Shown: positions 25,250 through 37,147, counted from the first letter of the whole stretch. The stretch: 63,799 bases of DNA, filler included, from Octopus bimaculoides (GCF_001194135.2; 7 parts of 7 records of this genome joined end to end with filler, not necessarily neighbours in it); one strand, 5' to 3'. Numbers and translations: made by a program. Notes: a model not told the origin generated them from the letters alone.

Positions 25250-28230
25250 TGATGGCCGTCCACTCGTGACCGAGGAAGACCATTGCCGATCTTCAGGAAC
25301 ATTGTGCGCTCTAGGACTAACTTATATTTTGCATTTGCGGCTCCGTTGGTGGCTAATGAGCCCTGCTCTTGACAAACATACACGACTACAAACATTGCAG
25401 ACCAAGCTTTTCCCATTCACTATGCGAGCCGTGCGCTTTCGTGCAGCTCGTTTAAATTCTTCATGCTGGATACGTGCTCTCTCAAAAGTGTCGATCCCCT
25501 CTTTAACCTGCTTCCTCCATCTGTGACGATGACAGGCATTGTTCTCCCAGTCAGTATCCTGCATATCACACATATTGAGGACTTGACGCAGTCCTTAAAT
25601 CGCAGCCCTGGTTCCTGCTGGAGTCTCCTTCCATTCACAAGTTCTCCATAGAGCATCTGCTTAGGAATCCTGCTATCCTTCATTCTAATGTGTCCAGTCG
25701 AACGTAACCGGTGCTTGTGCACCATTGCCTCAATGCTCAAGATATCAGCTGTCCTCAGGACCCGTGTGTCTGGAATTTTTGAGGTCCAGCCAACATTGAG
25801 AATGCATCTGAGACATCTCTGATGGAAGCGATCAAGGACCCTTACCTGACGTTTGTACAGAGTCCATGTCTCACATGAGTAGAGGAGCGATGTCAGCACA
25901 CATGCACGGTACACAGCAACTTTTGTTTGCTTTGCGATGCCATGCTGGGACCAGACACGAGACTGAAGAGACCGGAAGGAATTAGTTGCTCTCTGCAAGA
26001 TATTTCCTCATCCAGGGAGCAAGAACGGCTGAGTGTGCTGTCCAGGTAGACAAACTTGTCTACTACCTTCAGAATTGTTCCTTTAACCAAGATAGCTGGT
26101 TCCATATATGGATTTCCTGGTGCAGACATTTCCTGGATTTCCTGGACAAGACATTACAACAGTCTTGTCCAGGCTAATGCTGAGTCCAAATGCCTTGCAA
26201 GAAGCAGAAATGCAATTCGTGAGTATTTGCATGTCATCCACTGTATGAGTGACTAAGTCACAGTCATCTGCATAAAGGAGGTCACGAATAATAGACTGGA
26301 GAACCTTTGAATTGGCAGCAAATCGGCGAAGATTAAAGAGGCGGCCAGAAGATCGATATCTGACATATATCCCAGAGAGCCAACCTTAGGAAAAGCATGA
26401 GTAAAAGCAGCAGCAAAGTACAAAGTAAAGAGAGTTGGGGCAAGGATGTCACCCTGCTTGACACCACCATTCTCTACAGGGATGGGTCTCGCCATGCCAC
26501 CACCAACATTGACCCAAGCCTCCATCCCATCATGAAATGATTTAATTATAGATACAAAATGATCCGGACATCTAAGTTTGCCAAGTATTTTCTATAGAAA
26601 GGCCCTATTTACAGTATCAAAGGCCTTTGTTAAATCAATGAATACCTGGACAAGATCCATATTCTGCTCATAGCGCTTCTCCTGCATCTGTCTTGCTGTG
26701 AAAATCATAATCATTGTCCCTCTACCAGATCGGAAGCCACATTGAGACTCAGATAGGACATCATTTACGAGACACCCGTTCAGACGAGTAAGAAGAATAT
26801 TTGCCACAACCTTGCCAGCAGCTGATAGTAGAGCAATACCTCTGTAGTTACCACACATTGTTCTGGCTCCTTTTCCTTTATATAGAGGAAGAATAATTGC
26901 ATCCTTCCAATTCTTAGGGATTGCATCATCCCTCCAGACTGCACTAATAAGTTCATGAAGGGACTGTGTGATGCAACTACCACCAAATCGCAAGACCACA
27001 GCACAAATTCCATTCTTTCCAGGTGCTTTACCAAGATTCAATTTACTTATTGATGTCATTACTTCATCTATTGAGGGCGAGGAGTCTAAGGAGCCAATGA
27101 TAGGACTTTGTTGCATAGTATCAATCACTGTTTCATCCACAACTGACTCATGGTTTAGGAGTTCAGAGAAGTGTTCGATCCAGCGACCTGTGATTTCTGT
27201 TGATTTAGTAAACAGGGTGGAAGACTGTTATAGTGCGCAAGTGCTAGACTTCGCTGCACAGTAGACAGTTCTCTGTGTAGCAATATACTGTGGGCATGGC
27301 GCTTTACTACCAATAGTTGCTGAATTTCAGCATCATTCTCATCAAACCAGTCTCTGTGTCTGGCAATAACATACCCCAGTGTTTCGGCTGCACATTGAAC
27401 AACCTGGTCTCGAAAATCTTCCCATGCTGCAGCAGTTTCAATGCTGGACAGTCGAGTCTGAAGCTCTCTCCTAACCACAACATCATATACCTTGTGGACA
27501 TTTAGACGGCGAGGAATGCTGATTGGTCTTCTTCTCTCTTTCGCCCTAATCACCATTCGGAGCTTTGCTCGCACCAGACTGTGGTCTGTCCAGCATTCTG
27601 AACCATGCCAGGACTTGACATTACAAATGTCATAAATGTCGCGCTTGCGGATGATGACATAATCCAGCAAGTGTCAAACTTTNNNNNNNNNNTTTGCTCG
27701 CACCAGACTGTGGTCTGTCCAGCATTCTGAACCATGCCAGGACTTGACATTACAAATGTCATAAATGTCGCGCTTGCGGATGATGACATAATCCAGCAAG
27801 TGTCAAACTTTGGACCTTGGATGCATTCATGTTGTTGTGTAGTCACCTTTGTGCACAAAATGAGTGCTTGCAATGTAAAGTCCATGTTCTTCGCAAAGCT
27901 CCAGTAACATGAGACAATTGCAGTTCCTTTTCTCTACTCCGAAACGTCCTAGAGAGTTCTATGTTTGCCAGTCTGTTCCAACCCTGGCATTAAAAAAAAC
28001 CCAGTTGAATAACTTTATCAGAATTGGGGATTTTTCTAAGTATGGCTCTCAGCTGGGTATAAAAGATTGTTTTATCTTCATCACAGCTAGTGAAAGTAGG
28101 TCCATAGGCACTTATTAGAGTAGCAAACCGCTTACCTTTCAAGTGCAACCGTAGCGTCATTATACGTTCATTTATAGGAACAGGGAGCTCTTCCAACTTC
28201 TAAAGGATATCAGATCGGACTGCAAAACCG
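25250..28230 (-). mobile_element. RTE-clade LINE, near-complete ORF (APE endonuclease + RT + C-terminal C2H2-like finger), disrupted; 5' end lost in a gap
   Basis: APE: ERIMTLRL..LISAYGPT and CWTDHSLV; RT: QCGFRSGRGT, FIDLTKAFDTVNR, GVKQGDILAPTLF, LLYADD; C-terminus: LLYSCETWTLY, CNVCSRVCLSRAGLISHQR; multiple stops and frameshifts. Confidence 0.95.
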
Positions 28231-28929
28231 NNNNNNNNNNNNNNNNNNNNNNNNNNNNNNNNNNNNNNNNNNNNTTAATTAATTAANNNNNNNNNNNNNN
28301 NNNNNNNNNNNNNNNNNNNNNNNNNNNNNNATACATACGTACATTTGCACACACACACACACACACACACACACAGATGTATAAATGCAAATGAAGCGAG
28401 AAAATCAAGATTAATTTAGGTAGTTAGGATAGAATATAGTCAGGCTGAAGTAGGATTTAGGGGAAATGATGACGAAGTAAAATAAAAATGTAAAGATGAA
28501 TGAAATAATACAAGATGAAATAAAGACTAAAAACAGTATACGATAGCATAAAGAAAGATGAAAAAAAATAAAAAAGAATTAAAAATAGAGTAAAGTAAAT
28601 GAAACATAAGTTATAATTCTTTTGGTAAATTTTTATGAGTAAATATTCATAAGTATTTTCATAAAAATGAAAACGTTTGTTTCATTCTCTCTCACAAAGT
28701 TCTCTTTCATAAAGTTCTTAAATGTAGATCTTAAATCACCCACACAAATATGGGTGTATGTGTGTGTGTACGTGTGTGTGTGTTTGTGTGTGTGCGTGTA
28801 TGTGTGTGTGTGCGTGTGCGCTTGTGCAAACATAATTTACAAAACAGCTTCATGTAGGTTTATATAGATTTTGAGACTACATAACAAGTTAACTGTTTTG
28901 ATTTTTGTGCATTTAATTCTGAAACTGGT

Positions 28930-29316
28930 GGAGGTGCAATGGCCCAGTGGTTAGGGCAGCGGACTCACGGTCATAGGATCGCGGTTTCGTTTCGCAGACC
29001 GGGCGTTGTGAGTGTTTATTGAGCGAAAACACCTAAAGCTCCACGAGACTCCGGCAGGGGATGGTAGCGAACCCTGCTGTACTCTTTCACCTCAACTTTC
29101 TCTCACTCTTACTTCCTATTTCTGTTGTGCCTGTAATTCAAAGGGTCAGCCTTGTCACACTGTGTCACGTTGAATATCCCCAAGAACTACGTTAAGGGTA
29201 CACGTGTCTGTGGAGCTGGCTCAGCCACTTGCACGTTAACTTCACAAGCAGGCTGTTCCGTTGATCGGATCAACTGGAACCCTCGACGTCGTAAGCGACG
29301 GGCTGCCAACAACAAC
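28930..29316 (+). mobile_element. Full-length tRNA-derived SINE family B with (CAA)n tail
   Basis: A box TGGCCCAGTGG, B-box-like GGTTTCG, and a body shared with 31915-32269, 44273-44630 and 52193-52565. Confidence 0.9.
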
Positions 29317-29490
29317 ATGTATGTAAGTATGTATGTATGTATGTATGTATGTATGTATGTATGTATGTATGCATGTCTGTGTATGTATGTATACATGTAT
29401 GTATGTATGCATGTATGTATGTACGCATGTATGTACGTATGTATGCATGCATGTGTGTATGCATACATGTGTATGTATGTATGTGTGAGA
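29317..29490. repeat. (TATG)n-based microsatellite
   Basis: Directly visible. Confidence 0.9.
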
Positions 29491-30239
29491 AAGTATGTAT
29501 TTAAAGTCGTAATCAAAAATCTGAATACAAACATACAATTAAAATGTTTTCTGAATATATTTCGATTATAAAGATAAAAGCTAATTACCTACTATAAATT
29601 AGTTATCTTACGTATTATAATAAATGGATAATGAGTCATTGTTTCATAATTACACCTCCTGTTTGACATTTGAAGAACAATATGAGGCACTTTTTCAGAT
29701 GATAGTTCCATGAATTTATAAAACATTGATGTATATGGTAGTATGACAAATGTCAAATATTTGTGCAATGTCACATCCTCCATGTGTCATATTACATAAT
29801 GTTATTTAACTTTGTTACTTGCTGCATCTAGCAATGCGCATGTTTATATAAACATACACAGATGCATACTTACGGCTACATATGTATAGATTAATATATG
29901 TAAGTGTATACATACTCATACATGCAAACCATTAGTTTATAAATGGATAACTATATACCCGTAAATGTATAACACATATACATGCCATAATATTTCCTGT
30001 ATTTTGTGATCTGTTTCATGTTCTATGTTCAAATCTACACGAAGGAAACTTTGCTTTTCATCATTTCAGAGTCGATAAATTAAAATACCAGTCAATCACT
30101 GGAGTCTGTTTAAGCGACTAACCCTTCGATCCACTTCGTCCTCTTCCCCCGCCAATTAAAAGTCTGTGGCCTTGCGTCTATATGGCCTCGTTTATACTAA
30201 AAGTTGAAAGGAAGTCGATTGTTAGACTGTAATGGCGTC

Positions 30240-30410
30240 GGAAACCTGTTCCAGGTTTTACTTTCTGAGTTCAAATGCCGCTGATGTCGACTACATCTTT
30301 CATCCTTTCGGTGTCGATAAAATAAGTACTAGTTGAGCACTGGGTCGATACTCGATTAGACCTCTTCCCAAACCCAAATTTCATGCCTTGTGCCGACAGT
30401 AAAAAGGCTT
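30240..30410 (+). mobile_element. Diverged SINE family D (tail type 2)
   Basis: GAGTTCAAAT..GTCGACT..CTTTCATCCTTTCGG.GTCGATAAAATAAGTAC..AAATTTCA.GCCTTGTGCC. Confidence 0.7.
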
Positions 30411-30611
30411 ACTATAATAATTAGGAAGCATAATGTAATTCATAAAAAAAAGCCCCTCGCAATATTTCGCTGAATTTATTAATTGACATTGGAAAAAGCA
30501 TACATATATGTGGGTATTTATTCAATTCGGCATATGGCGTAGTGGTTAAGAGCGCGGGCTAAGATTCCGAGTTCGATTCCAAGCAGTGACCTGAATAATA
30601 ATAATAATAAA

Positions 30612-30962
30612 AAGATGACAACGTTTCTCTAAAAGAAATGGAAAAACTTTCAAAATACAAGGACCTGGAAATAGAGATAACTCGAATGTGGAATCTAAAA
30701 ACAGAAACAATTCCTATCATAGTAGGTGCCTTAGGTATAATAAAAAAATATTCAGACAAATACATAACAAAAATAGCAGGACTTACAAATATATATAACA
30801 TACAGACAATTGCACTACTGGGTACTGCACACATTCTACGCAAAACACTTTCAATACAGTAAACATAAGAGCACCACAGCAAACCACAGCACATACCCAA
30901 GGCGCACAGAGCTGCGCTCGGTAGTGAAGTGAAAGCACGTTATAAAAATAAAACTACTGAAC

Positions 30963-31020
<58 letters not shown>
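30612..31020 (+). mobile_element. 5'-truncated R4/Dong-clade LINE 3' end (RLE C-terminus + 3' UTR + (AAT)n tail)
   Basis: ORF 30638-30862 KLSKYKDLEIEITRMWNLKTETIPIIVGALG..IALLGTAHILRKTL* is the typical R4/Dong endonuclease terminus. Confidence 0.85.
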
Positions 31021-31021
<1 letters not shown>

Positions 31022-31076
31022 CAACAATATCGAAAAATACCTTAGGAATGAGAACCCAGGTTCGAAATTTCCCCAA

Positions 31077-31119
31077 GACACCTGAAGGCTGGAGGGTATA
31101 TCAGCCGAAACGTTGTGTT
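31077..31119 (+). ncRNA. Minimal type-I hammerhead-ribozyme-like fold (core degenerate in this copy)
   Basis: Stem I GACAC/GUGUU, core CUGAA (short of CUGANGA), stem II GGCUG/CAGCC, GAAA, palindromic stem III AACGUU. Confidence 0.5.
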
Positions 31120-31914
31120 AACAACAAACAAGATGAGGACAAATATCCGTTAAATGTATATAATGTAAATATGTACATAATTCCTCATCTCTTAAATATA
31201 GAACTGTATTGAAAAAATTCAATGTAAGTCATTCTTTATTGTCGCTCATTTTGGGGAAAAAGAAAACACGTGAGACATTTGACACACCAGGAAATCGCTT
31301 CAAAGTGGCTGAAGGAAAGGCAAATGACAACAAACGTGTCTGTCTTTCTCGTGGTCATCTTTGGAGATTTTGATCTCTATGAACTGTAAAATCTCAATTG
31401 AACAGAAAACACTTACGTGCGCTGTACACAAGTGGTGGACTAATGAGTTCAAAAAGCATGATTAAATATATAAATGGATCCCAGTCAGAATTTCCGACCA
31501 TTAGTGTTCATTTGTTTAATCATCTGAGCTACTAAACTCATTGAATTAGCGTGTAAATGGTTGAATATTCCATAGTCAAGTGCAACCTTAATGTAATTCC
31601 CAAGCGAAATGAATGTTACACAGTATAACAAGGCTGGACCTTTGAATTACTAGTTCGAAGGCTTCTTCACAGTTTCTGCCTATCCAATTTCACTCACAAG
31701 TTATGGGTCGACCCGAGACCATTGAAAAATAACATTTGCCCAAAATGCGGAACCGAAGTCAAACTTCACAGCCGCTCGGTCATATTGCGCTCACAGATGT
31801 ATTCAGGAAACGAATAACATAAACATTTAATGAGCTCACTTTGAAACTAAATGGCCGAGGTGAATTTCATTGCAGGGAATCTCATCTGCGAAACACCTCA
31901 TTCTAGTTTCAGAA

Positions 31915-32269
31915 TTTTGTTGGCACTCCATCGTTTACGACGGAACAGCCTGCTCGTGAAATTAACGTGCAAGTGGCTGAGCACTCCACAGACACGTGTA
32001 CCCTTAACGTAGTTCTCGGGAATATTCAACGTGACACAGTGTGACAAGGCTGACCCTTTGAATTACAGGCACAACAGAAACAGGAAGGAAGAGTGAGAGA
32101 AAGTTGTAGTGGAAGAGTACAGCAGGGTTCGTCACCATTCCCTGCCGGAGCCTCGTGGAGCTTCAGGTGTTTTTGCTCAATAAACACTCACAACGCCCGG
32201 TCTGGGAATCGAAACCGCGATCCTATGACCGCGAGTCCGCTGCCCTAACCACTAAGCTATTGCGCCTCC
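31915..32269 (-). mobile_element. SINE family B
   Basis: Reverse complement of the 28930 copy with a ~30-bp deletion near the 3' end. Confidence 0.9.
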
Positions 32270-33049
32270 ACCAGTTTCAGAATTAAATGCACAAAAATCA
32301 AAACAGTTAACTTGTTATGTAGTCTCAAAATCTAATCGCTCCTCACTATGCAAACAGCATTGAGTAAATACCTGAAGGAGCGTGTAGGAGGAGAAGCATG
32401 CTTTCATCAAATTAGTCAACACTCATCAGTTACTGTACATGACTGATGAAATAGTGAGATACTGTAGTACACACAACGCAACAAATGGATCCTCTAGAAA
32501 GATCAGAAAGGTTATTTTCTGGAGAAACCCACTCCGATTTTAATAAGGAAGTAAAAATTTACGGATTGCAGCAATGGATAAGTAGCTTTCTAAATTCATA
32601 TGTTACTAATGTTTAATCTCAAATTACCTCTGATCGAGTTGGCATATAATAAAAGACATTCCAACCCAGCCCATCCAGTCTATTTCCCATGCACAAAAAA
32701 ATTAGCTGCTATTTCTAGCCGAATGAGTAGACACGGAGAGATTACTTCATTTGGATTTCTAAATTCACTAGTTCTCTTCGTTACTCAACTAACCAACGTA
32801 TAAGTGCGGTTCAGAAGCATGCTTAACATTTGTAGGATAATGAATAAGGAGAAAGCCTACATTTTAAAGCCATCACAGACTCAATGAATTGAATGTATAA
32901 ATGCCGTGAGACAAGATTTATAAAAGAAAAAAACAATTATCAGATCTTGTGCAAAAATGTGTTCGCTCAGCGACCAAACATGCCTTTTTTTTTCAAATAA
33001 AAAAAACACAGAAGTATACAACGCAGTTGCTATGCACAAACACGCACAC

Positions 33050-33935
33050 CCCCGTGTTTTTCCTTTCCGTCTCTTTGTTGTTTCCCCTGTCCGTCTTTGT
33101 ATCGTCTATCTGTCCGGATGTTTTATTTCGTCTGTTCCGTTCTTGTTCCATTGTTTGGATCCATACATACACATAGCGGCGTACGTACACTTTTGCTCAC
33201 CTCGTAAGTATGCATGTATCTAAATTCTGTACGACTCTTACTTTTTTGTAGTCCCCCTCATACTTTCTTCTTTTCTTTTCCTCCTCCCCCTCTCCCACAT
33301 TTCTTGATCTTCTCTTTCTTTAATTTCCCTACTTTTCCTCCTCGTTTATCTCCCTTATACCTTTTTCTATGTCCCTTTGATTTCCTCTCTTTCTCGTTCT
33401 TTTCCTAATTCTTCAATCCCTCTGCCTCCTACCTCTCTCCTTTCCTTCCATGTAACCGTTGTTCAGCCAAGCATGATCTTTCATGGCTCGACTGCCAGCC
33501 GCGAAACATCTCTTATATTCCTGTCTCATGACTTTCACCTCTTATGTTCATCTCCTATGTCCCTGCCTCAGGGCTTTCACTCTACACACACCAGCTCCAC
33601 TTGATTCATCTTTATTGGTCGAAAGACACGTGTTGTTATTTTATTGTTGTTTGTATTTGTAATTGTGTAATATTTTCTCCGTTTTATGTCTTTGTTGTCG
33701 TACACATTCGCTTGCTTTGTCCAAAAAATTTAATGCTCTTAACTTGGATTTTTGGAGCCAACCAGATTTGAACATTCTCAAGTGTAACCGGCCGAAACTG
33801 TAAGGATTATCTGGAGACCTGGCTGACGAGAGAAGGCTGCGAATGATCCGTCCTTGTTTTTTCCTGTCTGTTTTTGTATCGGCTATCTGTCCGGATGTTT
33901 CATTGTCGTCTGTTGCGTTCATGTTCCAATTTGGA
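33050..33935 (+). repeat. Two diverged copies (33050-33160 and 33845-33935) of a dispersed repeat module
   Basis: Shared TTTGTATCG.CTATCTGTCCGGATGTTT..TCGTCTGTT.CGTTC.TGTTCCA.T.TTGG. Confidence 0.6.
33455..33610 (-). mobile_element. Possible decayed RTE-type LINE 3' end
   Basis: Minus-strand ..RDIGD..DRNI..RLAVEP resembles the RTE C-terminal D...DR..WR motif; weak. Confidence 0.3.
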
Positions 33936-33945
33936 TTTATTTTTT

Positions 33946-34252
33946 CCTGGGATCCCTTACCCCATCCACCATATTCTCCTGATTTTGCGTCATCCGACTA
34001 CTTCTTGTTTTTGTCTCTACAGAATTCATTGCAAGGAAAAACGTATAACGATTTAGATGGAGTCCAATTGCATCTAGATAATCTTTTTTCTTCAAAACCA
34101 GTCAAATTTCACGCTGAGGGAATAGTTATGATGGGCAAAGGTCATTAATAGTAATGGAAATTATTTCATTAAATAAAATTTATTGAAATGCCAATTATTT
34201 ATATCCCTTTTTACATATTAAAAAACGCTTAGAACTTTCCGGACAACCTAAT
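33946..34252 (+). mobile_element. Mariner relic: C-terminal transposase plus right TIR
   Basis: WDPLPHPPYSPDFASSDYFLFLSLQNSLQGK (YSPDLAPSD motif)..NGNYF; terminus GAACTTTCCGGACAACCTAA followed by TA. Confidence 0.9.
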
Positions 34253-35124
34253 ATACATATAAAAATGCTCTGAACTTCTATCGTTTGTCCTTGTCAAGTA
34301 GACGTAAACAATAATAAAAATAACTCCTCACTGGTCCAACTTTGCTTTTCATCATGAGCCAAAGCGAGCCTCTACGTGTTAGCTTGATCTACAAAAAAAT
34401 GGCAGTGAAATTTCTCTCTGAATCAAACCCTTAAGTATTGGAACCACTAGATAATGTAGCCCTGAGCTCCTGGTACACAGTAAAAAGACGGGATGGTTAT
34501 GGTTGGAATACTTATGATCATAAATCTGCCCGAATAGGGTTAAGGAAAATAAACAACAACAGCTCTTATTTGTGTTCCGTGACATTAACAGTTAGCAACT
34601 AAGTTTTATTAGTCACGGCACTTTAACTGCATTCGCCATATTCTTCCAGTTTTATGCATAACTAGGTTCCGCATTGTTGCTATTTTTATTTTCTGTATGT
34701 TTATTTCACTCTCTTAAAATATATCTTACACCAGCGATACCTTGAAGGACATTCATTCTTAATGATTAGGTGAAGTGTACATTATATGTCCATATTAACT
34801 ATTACGATTTCTCAGTCGAATAGAATTCACTTGTTTTGCATCTAAATAAAGAAAGGCTTTACACTAATCTACGGTAGCCTACTTTACTATCTTTATTGTC
34901 ATTGTTGATGGAATAAAACATGAACAAAAAACCTAATGGATAATTTTGCAGAAATCTTTTCAGTTATAAAATAAAAAAGAAACGATGCTGAAATATTTAG
35001 AGATTCTTTAAAGAATCTCTGAAAGGATCTGCATATCTATTTACAAAGACTTCCACTTCGTAAAAAATAAACATTTGGTATCGTTTCGTTATCTGATTAG
35101 TGAATCGAAAGAGTCGTATGAAAA

Positions 35125-35200
35125 GCACATAGTTCCGAGTTCAGTCCCACTGCGTGGCACCTTGGGCAAGTTTTTTCTACTCTAGCCTCGGGCCAACCAA
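35125..35200 (+). mobile_element. SINE family A head fragment
   Basis: GAGTTCAGTCCCACTGCGTGGCACCTTGGGCAAGT..TAGCCTCGGGCC. Confidence 0.75.
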
Positions 35201-35736
35201 AACTGTTTTCATGTATGTCTATGTGTTTGCATATGTGTGTGCTTGCATGTGTGTGTACCTCTATCTCTTTGTGTGTGCATGTCTGAATGTGTCTGTGTAT
35301 GGGTTTTTGTGACTACAAACATACTTAGAGACACACACAAACTCACGTACACACACATAACACCCCCACCAACACACAACACAAATAGACATACGTACAC
35401 ATACAGACATACACATACAGACATACACATACATATGAACCATCACACACACATACGGTTGCTTACACACACACACACACCACAAGGGTATTTAAAACAA
35501 CACACTCACTCAGACACAGAGAGAGACACACACACACACTCACGTATACACACACTCACACAAAACACTCCCACCCACACACACAGATGCACACAGATGC
35601 ACACATACATACACACACAGACGCACACATATGTACNNNNNNNNNNNNNNNNNNNNNNNNNNNNNNNNNNNNNNNNNNNNTTAATTAATTAANNNNNNNN
35701 NNNNNNNNNNNNNNNNNNNNNNNNNNNNNNNNNNNN

Positions 35737-37100
35737 TTTCGTTATTATTTTAGAAATTATAACACGTACTTACCTCTGGTAATGGACGCCATGTTTATCA
35801 CGTGACTTTTCAGTATTAATTTTCATAGCATTATTTACGTAATATAGAATTTTCGTATGTGTATAGTTATTACTCTGCGTTAATTTGCAAGTTTAAGTAT
35901 TTTTAATCCTCAAGAATCTTTTTATTTTAGATAGATTTTCTTTTCCAATATTTTCGTTATTATTTTAGTAATTATAATACGCATGTACTTCTGGGTAATA
36001 GATGCCATATTTATCACGTGACCTTTTAGTATAAATTCTATAGCACAGTCATTTTGGTTTAATTTACTGTACCAGCCGGCAGATATGTCATGTTTTTGTA
36101 TTTTAATTTTATAAACAATATTGACATCCGTCTTTTAGTAACTATATACACTAACACATTTTTTTACTATTATCCACTTATTCCATAATGTTTTAACCTT
36201 GTTTACTATAATACTCTTTTTCAATATTTTTAGATTGTAACTCTTAATAATTATATTAATGTAGGGATTAGTTTACAGATTTTGTCTCTTTATATGTATT
36301 TTTATTTCTCATGTTTATGTCTATTCCTTGAATGATTTTAGGTATTTTCTTAGGGATTTGACCTGAAGAGTGATTGATTTTGGGAGTAAAATCATTTGCC
36401 TAGTCTAATGAACTCGGATAGAATTTGCTTATGATTTTATATAGTCCTATTTCAGCCATGAAGCGCGCGTAGTCTATATACTAGCACTAACGTTTTACAT
36501 TTATACTTCCATACTGGGGAATTTCAACCATGTTTCGTGGTCTGCTACTACAACAGCTCCTTTATAGGATCCAGTTAGCTCAAGACATCCTCAGGAGGAA
36601 CCACGTCCGGTTTCGGCCCCTACTACTCTACCGTTTTGACGTGGTGCACCCCGCCTTTCGGAGGTGTCTTCAGCTCTGGTGTTGGGTGCATGGCTTCTTT
36701 CTTCTATTCCCTGGCCTCTTCGATGCTGCATCAACGAGTGTCAGCGTCCGACTGACTGTCTTGTCAAATTCCCCTTTTTATACCTGCTGCTAGGCTCCAT
36801 TAATTTTTACTGTCCAATTTATAATTTTAACTTTTAAATTTTTTAAAATTAATATCTCTATGATTTATTTATGTAATATGTTATTTAATTTAAATTTTTA
36901 GATTAAAATCTTAGATATATTAAGATGGTATATGCCTCACAGCATGGATTTGGACGGGTTCTGATTTGACTGAGTTATAGAGTGGTGGTTCGTCTCTAAA
37001 TTAATAATATACATATATATTATATATTAGGAAACCCGGTGTAATATTATACCGATTTTTGCCTGCAAGGTTGGAATAAATTTTTTATTCCCTAATATTA
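35737..37100 (+). mobile_element. Probable Penelope-like element terminal-repeat region (215-bp tandem unit, hammerhead-like motif, GC-rich segment)
   Basis: Units starting at 35737 and 35952 share TTTCGTTATTATTTTAG..CCAT.TTTATCACGTGAC; GAC-CTGAAGA...GAAGCGCGCGTA-GTC at 36360-36474; no recognisable ORF. Confidence 0.4.
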
Positions 37101-37115
37101 TTATTATTATTACTG

Positions 37116-37147
<32 letters not shown>

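Larger units (their letters stand above)
30529..31208 (+). mobile_element. tRNA-headed SINE family C (head, (AAT)n, body with hammerhead-like motif), split by a LINE insertion
   Basis: A box TGGCGTAGTGG 30535-30545, B box GTTCGATTCC 30571-30580, (AAT)n, body resuming at ~31029; joining head and body as one element relies on a recalled consensus. Confidence 0.7.

Noticed and set aside
27564-27811. Exact 119-bp tandem duplication inside the RTE element
   Set aside because: The copies (27564-27682 and 27693-27811) are identical and separated by a 10-N gap, the signature of unmerged overlapping contig ends.
28930-29000. tRNA-like sequences with A and B boxes (also 30529, 43561, 47205, 52193)
   Set aside because: They continue into shared SINE bodies and lack a complete cloverleaf, so they are SINE heads and not tRNA genes.
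32423-32449. 8-bp hairpin TCATCAGT/ACTGATGA with a box-like UGAUGA
   Set aside because: Too short, with no partner box D or hammerhead elements; expected by chance.
33785-33835. GAAAC-U-GUA followed by CUGACGA, suggesting a permuted hammerhead
   Set aside because: I could not find convincing stem I or stem II pairing.
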